A stretch of DNA of 64,000 bases from Rebecca billardiae RCC1528 (taxonomy: Eukaryota; Protista; Haptophyta): positions 496,001 through 560,000 of the forward strand of contig OZ251231.1 of NCBI GenBank assembly GCA_965240325.2, given 5' to 3'. The notes under the pieces are model-generated. The model saw only the letters and a list, made by a program, of their open reading frames with translations, was not told the DNA's origin and made no database searches. Made by a program: the position numbers and the translations under genes. Every line of letters begins with the position of its first letter. Within the stretch, counting starts at the first letter, position 1. Positions 1 to 11,369 of the stretch are shown here, piece after piece.

Positions 1-1297
1 TTAATTACCTTGGCATCACGCGGTGCAGCTTATTTCAGATTCATGACCACTGAACCGCCGTTCAGAAAGTCGTATTCTCGACTCTAACCAGACAGTAGTA
101 CTATACTACTTCGTCATCAGATCAGTTACCGCTGATGCTACTAGCGCGCATTGTCAACCGGCTGCCAGCTCAGAGCTCTGTCACTGTCAGCGTCGGCGGG
201 TGGGGCCCGGACGCCAACTCCAACTATCTCAGGGCACTCAAATGATATTATAATGATATTAATTCCCCTTTATGGCTCTATGAGCTCACCGGGTGACCGG
301 CAGCCGAAGCCTCCAGCCCAACCCTGGCCAGCCCCCAACGATCCACCACCCCCACCCGACCTCAAACCCCAGACCGGAGACTACACCGTCCTAGTACTGA
401 CTAGATGTGTGGCGCTCCAAGAGAATGGGCAAACGTGGGAGCAGCCGGCGGGACGCCGAACGAGGGTCAGTGCGAGGGCTGTCGCAGGTGTGCCGCGCGG
501 CAGCAGCGGACAGAAAGCTGCTGGGCCATCTACAGCAGTGGCGGCGGCTTTCCGCGACCGCTCACCCCGCACTCCCAGCATTTCATGGACGATTAGTAGC
601 TGCCGCCGCGGGGTTGCGAGGCGGCAGTCGAAAGCCTGCCGATGCGACCATGCTTGACACGCCGAAACGCATGCGCGTGCTCGCCGAGCGCGAGCGCTGC
701 GAGCGGCAAGCTCTACCTGCCCCGCGAGGGGCGGAACCGCAATTCGTGACTCGGCGGCACCGGACACCCCGACTGGCCGCCGCACGGCGGCGTCGGGCTG
801 GGACCGCCTACGGTTTTGCCTCCGCGCCAAAGCAGGCAGGCAGATGCGCGCGCACGGCGGTCGCCGGGCCGCCTGCGAGCTGAAGGACACGTTGGCTCCA
901 CTTTGGGCTTCACGCCGGCGGCCACCTCGCGGTCGCGCCTCCCGGACTCACCAGCAAGGCGGGCGGCCGCGGGGCGAGAGTCCGGTAGCACGCGCTCCGT
1001 TCCCGGGTGCGATGGCGTTCTAATTATATATATATATATATATGTCCCCTTGCTATGATCATGTCAGTCTAAATACAACCAGAAAGTCCGGTTTTACCCG
1101 CGCGCCGGTCGCGTGCGCTTTGCAACCACCTCGGCAACGCTCGCCTATCTTTGGCGGAGTCAGGCTGTACAGGCTGTGGCGGCACCTGGCGGGACCAGGG
1201 GGAGAAGGCCACTGGCAGCCCGCGTGCGGCCTTCGCCTGAGCGGTCGCGCGGTCGCGCGGTGCTGGTGGCGCCGGCGCGCAGCGCGAAGGAGGCCTC

Positions 1298-3511
1298 ATG
1301 CTCCGGAGACGATCCAGGGCCGCCGCCACCGCGGCGGGGCTCCTCGTGCTCGCCGCGTCCGCTGTGAGCGACTCGCGCAGCAAAGTCGAGCTCGCGACGA
1401 GTGCGGAGCTCTTGCAGTGCCTCGATGCCGGGTGCTCCGAGCTGGTGCTGGACGGGCGGGCGAGTGGCACGCTGCCGACCGAGCTGGGCACCATCCGTGG
1501 GCTCACCCGCCTCGAGCTGCTCGACGGCGCGCTGCATGGCAGCGTGCCGACCGAGCTCGGCCTCGCGACCGAGCTGCGCGTCCTGCGGCTCTCTGGCAAC
1601 GCGCTGAGCGGCACGGTCCCGGCGGCTCTGGGCGCGCTCGCGGCGCTAGAGAAGCTCGAGCTCGCGGCCAACCGCCTCGGCGGCAAAATCCCCACCTCGC
1701 TCGGTGCGCTCCCGCGGCTGACGTCGCTCGATCTGTCGTCGAACCGGCTGCGCGGTCGCGTGCCGCCGTCGCTCGTCGCGCGCGAGGACGGCGTGAGCGT
1801 GGCGCTCGAGTCGCTGCAGCTCGAGCACAACGTGCTCACCGGCACGCTCCCGACCGAGCTCGGCCTCGCCGCCCACCTCCGCGTCCTCGCGCTCGGCGAC
1901 AACTGGCTCTCCGGCACGCTTCCGCCGCAGCTTGGCGGCGCGCGCTCGCTGCGCCTGCTCAATGTCGCTCGCAACCGGCTGCGCGGCGCGGTGCCGGCCG
2001 AGCTGCTCGCGCTGCGTACCTCGCTCTTCGGGTGCGAGCTGACCGAGGCGCTCGCCGCCGACGTGAGCAACCGCTTCACCGCCCCGCTCCCGCCCGGACT
2101 CGCCGACTTCTGCACCGTGCTGCTCGCGGCCGAGCAGGACGAGTACGAGGTCGAATCTCGGCGCGACGAGATCGAGTCCGGGGGCGGCGGGCCGGACCCT
2201 GCGGGCGGCGGCGGCGCCGCCGCAGCGTCCGCGCGGCGCGCGCTCAAGTTCGAGAGCTCGCCACCGCCCGCCCCGCCCGCGCCGCCGAGCCCGCCGGCCA
2301 CCGCCGGCGACGACCCTCTCTTCACAGGGGGTGACGGGCGCCGGTACGAAGTGACGGGCGAGGCGCGCGCGGTGCTCAACGTCATCTCGACGGCCTCGGT
2401 GCAGCTGCACGCGCGGTTCGAGGGCGTGCCGCCGCGCTTCGCCGTGCACGACCTGACGAAGACCGTACTCGGCGACATCGGCGTCGCCCTGCGAATAGCC
2501 AGCGCACGGACAGCCGCCGCCGCTCCGGCGGGCGGCGCCGGTGACGCCACCGCCACGGAGGCGGCCGCCCGCGGCGCGGCTTCCGCCGCCGCCGCCGCTG
2601 CGGCCCCGGCCTCGGCGGGCAGCCAGCCGATGCGTGCGCCACCCGGCGTGGAGGACGAGCGTATCGTGCGCGTGCTCTTCGCCCTCGACGGCCGCTCGAG
2701 CCAGCTCGACGGCGCGCCGCTCGCGCTGGGCGTGCACGCGCTCGGACAGCCTCAGCCTGCGGCCTCGGAGCGGCCGACGCGCGAGCGGCCTGCGCCGTCG
2801 GAATCGCCGCGGCTGCTGCTGACCCATGAGCGGTACGTGTGCGAGAGGGCGACCGGCGGCTGTTGGTGGGACGGCGGTGCGGCGGCTCGCGGTGCCGGCG
2901 TGCCGTCGGAGCCCGCCGACACGCGGCTGCGCCGGCTCGTCGTCAACGGCACCGGCTGGTCGCTCACGCTCACGCGCCAGCAGGTGCTCGCCCAACTGCC
3001 CGCGCCCATCGGCGCTAAGCTGGAGGCGTGTGCGCACGCGCGCGCGCGCGGAGGCGGCGGCTGCGAGCGCGAGCTCGCGGCGGTCCTGATCCACGGTGCC
3101 GCCGCGGACGCGGGCGACGTGTTCGGGTACATGGATGTCGCGTTCGCGCTCGACGGCGGGGCGGAGAGCTGCTCGGCAGCGGCGGTACACGGGCTGCTCG
3201 GCCAGCGCACGTGCGCCACGGGCGCGGCGCACGGCCGCGCCGCCGGCGGGGCGCACCGCGGCGACCGCGACCGCGGCAGTGCGAGCAGCAGCCGCGGCGG
3301 CGACGGCGCATCTGCGGATGCGCCGCCGCAGGGCGAAGGCTTCATCGAGGGCAGCTGGCGCGACTACATCGTGCCCTCCGGCTCCCTCTGGGGTGACGGC
3401 CACTTGTTCGATCTGTTTGGCCGCGCCGGCGCGCGGGCATCCGCCGTCTCGAGCGGCGCGCAGCGGCCGCTGCCGAGCTCGGAGCTGCCGCCGGCGGGCA
3501 TTGTAGCATGA
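1298..3511 (+). CDS. Secreted leucine-rich-repeat protein with Pro-rich linker and C-terminal VWD/ITIH-C/root-cap-like domain
   Basis: N-terminal hydrophobic signal (AAGLLVLAASAVS); about 7 plant-type LRRs (e.g. LSGNALSGTVPAALGALAALEKLELAANRLGGKIP); PPPAPPAPPSPP linker; GDDPLFTGGDG, VHGLLGQ and IEGSWRDY motifs; GC3-rich codons. Confidence 0.85.
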   Translation: MLRRRSRAAATAAGLLVLAASAVSDSRSKVELATSAELLQCLDAGCSELVLDGRASGTLPTELGTIRGLTRLELLDGALHGSVPTELGLATELRVLRLSGNALSGTVPAALGALAALEKLELAANRLGGKIPTSLGALPRLTSLDLSSNRLRGRVPPSLVAREDGVSVALESLQLEHNVLTGTLPTELGLAAHLRVLALGDNWLSGTLPPQLGGARSLRLLNVARNRLRGAVPAELLALRTSLFGCELTEALAADVSNRFTAPLPPGLADFCTVLLAAEQDEYEVESRRDEIESGGGGPDPAGGGGAAAASARRALKFESSPPPAPPAPPSPPATAGDDPLFTGGDGRRYEVTGEARAVLNVISTASVQLHARFEGVPPRFAVHDLTKTVLGDIGVALRIASARTAAAAPAGGAGDATATEAAARGAASAAAAAAAPASAGSQPMRAPPGVEDERIVRVLFALDGRSSQLDGAPLALGVHALGQPQPAASERPTRERPAPSESPRLLLTHERYVCERATGGCWWDGGAAARGAGVPSEPADTRLRRLVVNGTGWSLTLTRQQVLAQLPAPIGAKLEACAHARARGGGGCERELAAVLIHGAAADAGDVFGYMDVAFALDGGAESCSAAAVHGLLGQRTCATGAAHGRAAGGAHRGDRDRGSASSSRGGDGASADAPPQGEGFIEGSWRDYIVPSGSLWGDGHLFDLFGRAGARASAVSSGAQRPLPSSELPPAGIVA

Positions 3512-3803
3512 TGCGTGCGGCCTGGCCCGGGCGGCGAGCACGTACGTGCGTGTCGTGCCGTGCGCCGTCGGGTGTCGTCGCGGGTCCGCCCGCGCGAGCC
3601 TGTCGGCACCCTCGATCGCTGCGGCGCTGTGCATCCGCTGCCACGTGACCTGATTAAGAGATTGCCTGAGGCCCTTATTAGTGGCCGACTGGCCGACTGG
3701 CGTCGCGTGGCGTCGGCGGGCTCGGCGGCGCGAGCAGCTGCGGCTACAGGTCAGTCGTCACGGGCGGCCGGGCGTCGGCCGGAGATTTCTGATGAATCTA
3801 CAT

Positions 3804-5590
3804 AGGGGGTCCAGCACACCAAAATAAAATCGAAAAAATGCCTCGACGGGTTTTCAAGTGGAGTGAGCGCGAGTTTCGCCATAAATTCGAGCGCCGCGAG
3901 CGTACGCGGCGAGCTGCCGGGTCGGGCTGTTCAGTGGGCTGGCGGCGACGGAGATGCACGACTGGACGGTCACCACCACCGTCGCCTCGGCGCGACAGAG
4001 CGCGTACGAGCGTCGAGAGCGCCCGATCGAGCGAGTCTACGTGACCACCATGAAGTCCCCGGACATATCGGTCGCCGGCGTCGGACATTGAAACCGCGAG
4101 GTTGCACGCGTGCCAGTGCGTTCAAGCTGGCTCATGCGCTCGAGATGGAGGAGGGTGCTCCCCTTGCAGGTGATGCGCGCGCGCCGCGCACGCATACGGT
4201 GCGCATACGCGGTCCCCAACACATACTCCTTCCATGTGTAGCGTTCCTGCGCACGTACCTGCCCCCCTGATGGCCCCGCGGTACTCCCGCGCGCATGCTT
4301 TCCACTGCCGCATTCACTCATGCAGGCGTTGGCGAGCGCGCGCCGTCGCGTGTGCTGCCTCTCTCCGACGCCGATACGCTGAATGTAATCATCATGATGC
4401 CTGCCGCTAGTTTCTTACCGGTGCCGGCTGCGCGAGCGCATCAACCTCCTCTCGCTGGGCGATGTCCGCGCGCTCTAGCAACAACTCAAGGCACACGAGA
4501 ACGCCACGGTGCTCAGGATGGACCCAGCTCGGCAAGGATGGCCTGTTGAACAAGAAGGTGGTGCACTACTGGTTTGAATCTCTCGCGTTCCGCCTCGAGT
4601 GGCCGCTTCCTTGGCCCTGCCTGTTCTCTGTGCACGGCCGAGGCGCACGCCTGGATAGTGGGGCTGCAGCACGGATGTGCGAAGCAAAGAACGCGCACGG
4701 ACGTCACGCTCACCGCGGAGCAGGCGCGCGACGCCGAGCCCGCCGGCGCCATCACGGCCGCCAACAGCCGCGCAGGCACATCCGAGGCCAAGGCGCGGCG
4801 TGAGGATCTGGCGGCGATCACAGCGGAGCAGCGCGCGGACCGCACTATGGTCAAGGCGGTGAGCACGGCGGGCGTGGCAGCAGAGTCAGAGAGCGCGAAG
4901 CTCGCCGCCGAGCAGCTCGCCGAGCCGGAGGCCGCCTCGGTGGCTGGCCGCTGCAGCCGCGGTAATCGTAGACCGGTGGTGGCCTCGCATGGGCTCATGG
5001 GCTGGGGTAGGACGACTGGCGACGCGGCGCCGGTGCCGGCTGAGTCGCCAGTGTTGCGACCGAGCCCGCATATTCATCTCCGGCGCCCGTATTCGAACGT
5101 ACCCACATATATAGACATTGATTTGAATACATATGGACTCGCATCGACCGTTAGTATGTACGGGTACACACATGCTCATATTTACGGGTATCTATCTGTA
5201 TTTAAATGGGTAACATGCTCGATCTTGCTGCTGTTTCTCCTGAATTTCTACGCGCCCAGCATGGTGCGCCAAATATTCAGTCGCTGCATCATAAATTCAT
5301 TCGACTGAGTGGCAACGGTTGTCAATAAGTACTACCGACCGCATTCCGTCATCTAGCCGCCATCACGGGTGGGTACCACTTCGCTGAATCTCTATGTGAC
5401 ACTAAGTGGCCGGCAGCGCGCCCGCACGACGGCGCGACGGCACGCGGAGTCGGTTTTGAGTGCTTCTGACGGCTGGGCTGGGCTGGGGGGCATACTAGAG
5501 GGCACTTCAACAGGCGACAGCCTCGACAGACACCTACATGGCAGGCCTGTCGAATACCCCCAACCGCTAGGCTGAGGGCCTGGACCCCCT
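3804..5590. mobile_element. Non-autonomous or degenerate DNA transposon with 11-bp TIRs (MULE- or hAT-like)
   Basis: TIRs agggggtccag (3804) and ctggaccccct (5580-5590), flanked by the direct repeat aatctacat at 3795-3803 and 5591-5599 (9-bp TSD, or 7 bp if the termini are read as TAG..CTA). No intact transposase recognised. Confidence 0.8.
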
Positions 5591-5653
5591 AATCTACATC
5601 ATGATCATAACGCGCACTATGTGACTGATGAGACATGAGTGATGACGATGCTG

Positions 5654-6050
5654 GCTTCATCTGAGTTCATCGAGGGCAGCTGCCGCTGGCGCCGACTACA
5701 CGCCGACTCATCGTGCCCTCCGGCTCCCTCTGGGGTGACGGCTGCCACTTGTTCGATCTGTTTGGCCGCGGCGCCGGCGTCAGCGACAGCGGCGCGCAGC
5801 GCACCCTCGATAGTCGCCGTGCCGCGGCGCTGTGCATCCGCTGCCACGTGACCTGATTAAGCTAAGAGATTGCCCGAGGCCCCGAGTGGCCGACTGGCCG
5901 ACTGGCGTCGCGTGGCGTCGGCGGGCTCGGCGGCGCGAGCAGCTGCGGCTTTTAAAGACAGGAGTCCGCCCGGAGTTATAATCGACTCAGTGGCGTCAGG
6001 CCGGCTCACCGTCACTAGGCGGGCGGCTGTCGGCCGGAGATTTCTGATGA
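5654..6050 (+). pseudogene. Degenerate duplicate of the LRR gene 3' end and flank (source about 3338-3795)
   Basis: Shared blocks such as tcgtgccctccggctccctctggggtgacggc, ccacttgttcgatctgtttggccgc, gtggccgactggccgactggcgtcgcgtggcg and ggccggagatttctgatga, interrupted by many short insertions and one larger deletion. Confidence 0.85.
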
Positions 6051-6137
6051 GTGATGTGATGATGAACTCTGCCACTACGCTACAATGTGATGATGCGTGA
6101 GTGACGATGAATCACGATGATGATGATGATGATATGA

Positions 6138-6326
<189 letters not shown>

Positions 6327-6554
6327 ATAATATAGTCGTCTAATGATGACTAAGCTAGCTACTGAGTACTGGGACCGGAGACTCCGACCTAGTGGCTAGT
6401 GGACTGGGACTTGAGCTATATATATTGATTATTATTGGCCCGGAAGTGTATCTGATGTCTAGTGTCTATCACTTATCAGAGTATTACATCAGACAGAATC
6501 ATGCGCGCATATTGATATTATCGTCATGATCATCATCACTGCCATGCATATCAG

Positions 6555-9474
6555 CCGATGATCGCTGCGTTCCTGAGCCGCAGCGCCAGAATTACGCGAG
6601 ATCAGAGAACCTTTCTTTCATCCCACGCGCGCCATTGGTCGAGACGTCGCTGAAGGGGGCCGAAAGTTGAGCAGCGGGTAACCTTCTGTTAATGACGTGA
6701 GTAAGTCTCGCCGTAGTGGGCCCAAAATTGCAACCTATGACTTTCGCTTGATCGAATAATCTCTCGAACATCTGCCCCGAAGCGTCGCTTTTGTGAGGAT
6801 ACACAGCAGCATCTCTCCATCGGTTGATCCTGCAGGCCCTCAACGCTCCTAGACCCTTCGTCGGCGGACGATCTACGAGTGGCGAGGCGACGCCTCCCCG
6901 GCACACTAGTACGAGGTCGATGGCGAACAAACGCTCGTGCACGGACTAGGGGATGTTTGAGTGCGCGTAGCCTCGCTCGATACGACTGCGGGCAGGCGCG
7001 GCCGACGCAGTCCCGGCAGCTCCTGTTGTTTCTGCCTGCCACACCTGCGCCGTTCATCATCCGTGCCGCGCGTGGCCCGACAACTTGCCAGCGCCGCCGA
7101 CAAGTTGGTGATCGAAGGGCGCGATTTGAAGGTTCAGCCACCACTCAGGTGGGCATCCCGGGCCCACTTTGAGTTGTCTTCGATGCTGCCCACCGCGCTG
7201 CTCTCGACAGCCTGCGTGCCCTCGTGACAGCGCGCGCGTCCCGGCAGCTGCACGGTGCGGCATGTCGGCATGGCTTGCTCAGTCGCTCTTCATCTCTGCA
7301 GTGCAGAGGATGGGCCACAGCGATTACAGCGATATTGCGGTCGGTGGCAACGAGCATACTTCTCATGACCGCCGCCGCCGCGTGCCGCAGCTACCCGCCA
7401 CCGGACGTGCTGCATCACACGTCGATGCTCATGGCTCATTAGACAGGATCTCACGCTCATCTGTGGGCACCGTTGTACGTGCGGCATGGCAAAGCCCTAC
7501 TGACTTGGATGTGTGGATGCGTCGGCACGGCGGCAGTCGTCAGTGGCAGTGCTTGGCTCTGTGTCGCAGACGTGGCGCGGCGCCTGGCGCAGTCACGACG
7601 CACTCGTTGACCGGGCCACGCGCTGTCTCGGACACTGGACGGCGCGGCTCCGAGCAACACTCGCTCGCCGCTGGGCCTGGGCCTGCCGGCCCACAGGGCC
7701 TGGGCCGCCTCTGCCCACGCCGAGGCCTGGCCTAAGACGGTAAGACCCCGGGTCACATAGCACGACGGCTCAGTGCCGCTGCCCTCTGGACCAGTGGCGG
7801 TGCTGCTCTGCCGGCTCGGGGCGACCCGCTCGCGCCGCGGGCCGTGGCAGCGCTCATCGACTCAAACGTGCCGCCGACTCGCGCTCAGCTTCATGGCTGA
7901 CGGGCTGCGCGAAGCGTCGGCGCTACCGAGAACAGTCGTGCGCCCTACCCTCTATGCGCCTGCGATCATACGTACTCCGAAGCAGCGCCAGACATGGACG
8001 GTGGGCGGTCTCAGCGCCGCGGCGGCACCGCGGGGCGCGCAGCGCATCGGTGCGCGCCCGGTCATGCATCACCGCGAGCCGCAGAGTCTGAGCCCGAGGA
8101 GGCGGAAGACGGCCGGACTCCGGTGGCGCCGCTGGAATGTCACATGTGGTGCGGTTCATCGGAGTCAGGATATTCGATCACAGACACGGTCGTCACTACG
8201 GTACAGTCGTCATCATGCATTTAGCGCAGCATGCCGCGTATACTGTAGCGTGACTCACCTTATTGGGTCCGCGGGCGCGTGCTGACTGCTGCATCATCAG
8301 TATTCAGCCGTGCGCATAATATGGCAATGCTGTCAAGTGTCAGCATCAGCTGCGCGCGCACGGACAGACGGTCAACGGAACCTTAGCCGCGTGCCCGTTA
8401 GTGAATAGTGCGGACGGTCCGCAGTATCGAGTGATGAGCAGTAGTCTTATAAAGCCCCGCGCCCGGTATTCGTACCGAGGCTCCTGTAGTAAATGTTGCA
8501 GTGACTGGGCCCGGCGGGCGTGCGCCGGCAACACGCCGACGGCTGACCCGGCTACGCCTCCAGTCTGAGTCGCAGATTACGGGCGCCCGCGCACTGGCAG
8601 CGGTCGAGCCGACTGGATTGTCAGAGTTAGTCAGCGAGTCGAGCCGCGGGCGCCGGCCAAGGCGGTACGGGCGGTACAGGCATTGCGTGCGCTCGCGTGC
8701 AGCCCCCGGAGCCAGCCTGGGGCTCCGAAGGTGTGCTTGCAGCTGGTGCGTGACCTTACGAGTACTGCACACCGCTTGTTGACACTGCACGCCAAGCCGA
8801 TCGAAGGCACAACGTGAGGATGTGAACTGGCGGCAGCTTTCTGCGGATCTGGGCCGTGACCTCTGTAGGCGCGTGGGCACAGAGTGTCCGACGGCGAGGA
8901 AAGAGCTCGAGTGGCCGCTATCGGGGCCGAATAGGAAACGTGCGACTCGCCGTACATCGCACGCCGACTGCTGGCAGGCTCGCCCCCCCCGCCCGCACCT
9001 GCACGATCAGCGTCAGGAGCAATGATTGCGGAGTGCGCATTAGCCGCAGAAGAGGACCAGGTGCGCACGCGCGTGTGCAAGCAAAGGGCGACGCCCAATG
9101 TGGACCTACGAAGGTGTGCACGCGGCTGACACTGAGCGCTGATGTCCCTGGACCCGCGCGAGAGCTCCTCAGCCACGCCAGCAATGTCGCAGAGACTCTC
9201 TGGCGGCCTGGCCTGGCCGGGCTGCGTTCGAAGCCCTGCCGCCCGCCGACGACCGGCGACAAAACACTCTCGTCTTGGCCTCTTGAACCCTCGGTGGCAA
9301 TCTCTCGCGATCTGCCTCGCCCGCATAGCACGGCTTTGGGCTCGTTCGCTCATCAATCGAAGACCGCCAACCGATGCGGGTGCGCTGAAAATGCGATTCT
9401 TCGTATGTGAACAATTCCGCGGCTTTATTCTCGCGTAATTCTGGCGCTGGGGCTCAGGAACGCAGCGCACTCGG
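6555..9474. mobile_element. Degenerate 2.9-kb TIR DNA transposon
   Basis: About 39-bp inverted repeat cgctgcgttcctgagcc(g/c)cagcgccagaattacgcgaga at 6563 and ending at 9467; possible 5-bp TSD atcag (6550-6554, 9475-9479); interior has only broken ORFs. Confidence 0.6.
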
Positions 9475-9876
9475 ATCAGGATTCAGGTGATCAGCTACTA
9501 CCTAGAGAGTATAGAGTGATGGCGCGGGACTCTGGCTCTGCAGCCGCCTGGATGATGGAGATTCAGCGCCTGGGAGCACCGGCCGCGCCGCGCCGCCCGC
9601 GCCCGCGGGTGCCGGCAGGCTGTCGCTGTCCCGCAGAGTCCCAGACGCCGACGGGGCGGCAGACGTCCAGACGTGCCACGTGGGCGTGGCCGCCGAGGCG
9701 GCCCGCGCGCGGCGCCGCCCCGCGGCCCGCCCCGTCAGCCGTCTCCTGCGGGCACGAATAAATAGCTGTCACAGTAGGCACATGCTGTCAAGGATGTGGG
9801 CCAGCCCAACGAGGGCCATCAGCGCCGGGTGTCGGCACCCGCGCGCTGCTAGCGGGCCGCGCCCGGCAGCATTCGA

Positions 9877-10919
9877 TCACTCGGGCGCGGCCTCCGCGGC
9901 AGCCGGGTCGTGATCGTCGCCCGCTGCCGCTGGCGCTGCACCGCCGACACCTTGCCGCAGTGGCGGCGCGGCAGTGGGCTCGAGTGGCGGCTGTTTCGGC
10001 GCGTCGGGCGTCGGGGCGTCATGGCGGTACTCGGGCGCGGTCTCCCACGTGCTGCGCGTGCCGTACTCGAGGATGCCGTTCTCGAAGACCGCGAATGCGA
10101 TGGAGTGCACGCCGTGGTACACGGTGAGCTGCTGCCGCAGGAACCGCCGGATGTCAAGCCCCTGCGCGTCCTTGACGGCGAAGTTGCTCTTGCTCACCCA
10201 CGCGCGGCCGATCGCGCCGACGCCCGGCGTGAAGGTGAAGGTGCTCGACTTGCGCATGAGCGCGCCATCGATCGAGGCATACATCTGGCACTTGAGCTCG
10301 TCGACCGCGGAAAAGTGCAGCCAGAAGATTGCTGCGAAAGGCAGGGCGGCGCGGCGCCGCGCACGCGTGGTTGGCCGGCCGCGTGCGGGCCGCGGGCCTG
10401 CGCTTCCGCGCGAGGCGCGGGCGCGGTCGCACCGTACTCCGCGCCCGTCGTCGACATGACCCGTTGAAGGGCTTCCTCTGTCGCCTCGAAGGGCACCAGA
10501 GAAGCCTGCCTCGCCGCTGTCGTGGCGGCCCCGCCGCCGCCGCCCTGGAGGCAGGCGGGCGGCTCCTCCCACCGCTTGCGCGAGCCGACCTCGAGCACAC
10601 CGTCCGCGCGGGGCGCCATGGCGATCGATCTGATGCGATAGTACGTCGCGAGCTTCGCGCGCCAGAAGAGCTTCGTGTCCATCCCGATCGCGTCCTGCGC
10701 AAAGTACGGCTGTCGCGACTCCCACGTCGCGCCGACCGCGCCCTCGCCGGGCTTGAAGGTGAAGTCGCGCGAGTCCTCCATCGCGCTGCCGTCGATGCTG
10801 GCGTACTTTGCGCACGTGAGCACGCCCTGCTCTGCGCCCCACGCCCAGAAGATGGCGTAGTCGGCATGAGCCGCCGCCATCACCTCCTCCAGATCGCGGT
10901 CGTCCATCATCCCGGGCAT
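9877..10919 (-). CDS. Protein of two tandem GAF-like (bHLH-MYC_N / NLP-type) domains; one intron at 10332-10432
   Basis: Repeat 1 DYAIFW..FTFKPGEGAVG..RAKLA..IRSIAMAP..GVLEVGS; removing the GT..AG intron restores repeat 2 EYAIFW..FTFTPGVGAIG..GVHSIAF..GILEYGT. Confidence 0.8.
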
Positions 10920-11369
10920 TGCTCACCAGCAATAGTTGCCCACCGGGTACGCACCGGGTGACGATTCGACGAAGCGATGCAAGAATAAGAGACGCACACA
11001 GCTCAGGACAGTATTACCTGTGTCGTTAAATAATAGAATGAGTATAATATTGTACGTGGAACGTCGCGGCCGGCGGCGGCCTGAGAATCCGATATCACGC
11101 AGATTCCCCCCGGCGTCGTCAGCAGACGATGGAGACCGGACGATGGAGATCGAGGGTGCGGCTGCGGCACGGTGCCAGCAAGGGCCCCTTCACCCCAGTG
11201 CGGCAGTCGTCAGTCGTACGCCTACGCAGTGGCGGGTGGAACCCCATGACTCCATGAGCAGATATGACATTACCGGTCATCTGAATCGTCGGCGGCGTTG
11301 TCCCGAATACAACGCGGTCACCGATCCGACTGTGCCCGGGTCTCGGACTCGTGACTGCGGCAAGACTGG

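Noticed and set aside
151-991. Overlapping ORFs at the window start
   Set aside because: No recognisable domain or consistent codon bias; probably a decayed relic.
6592-6942. ORF with FERLFDQAK resembling the hAT dimerisation motif
   Set aside because: A single short motif, and the surrounding TIR/TSD are not hAT-like; kept only as transposon interior.
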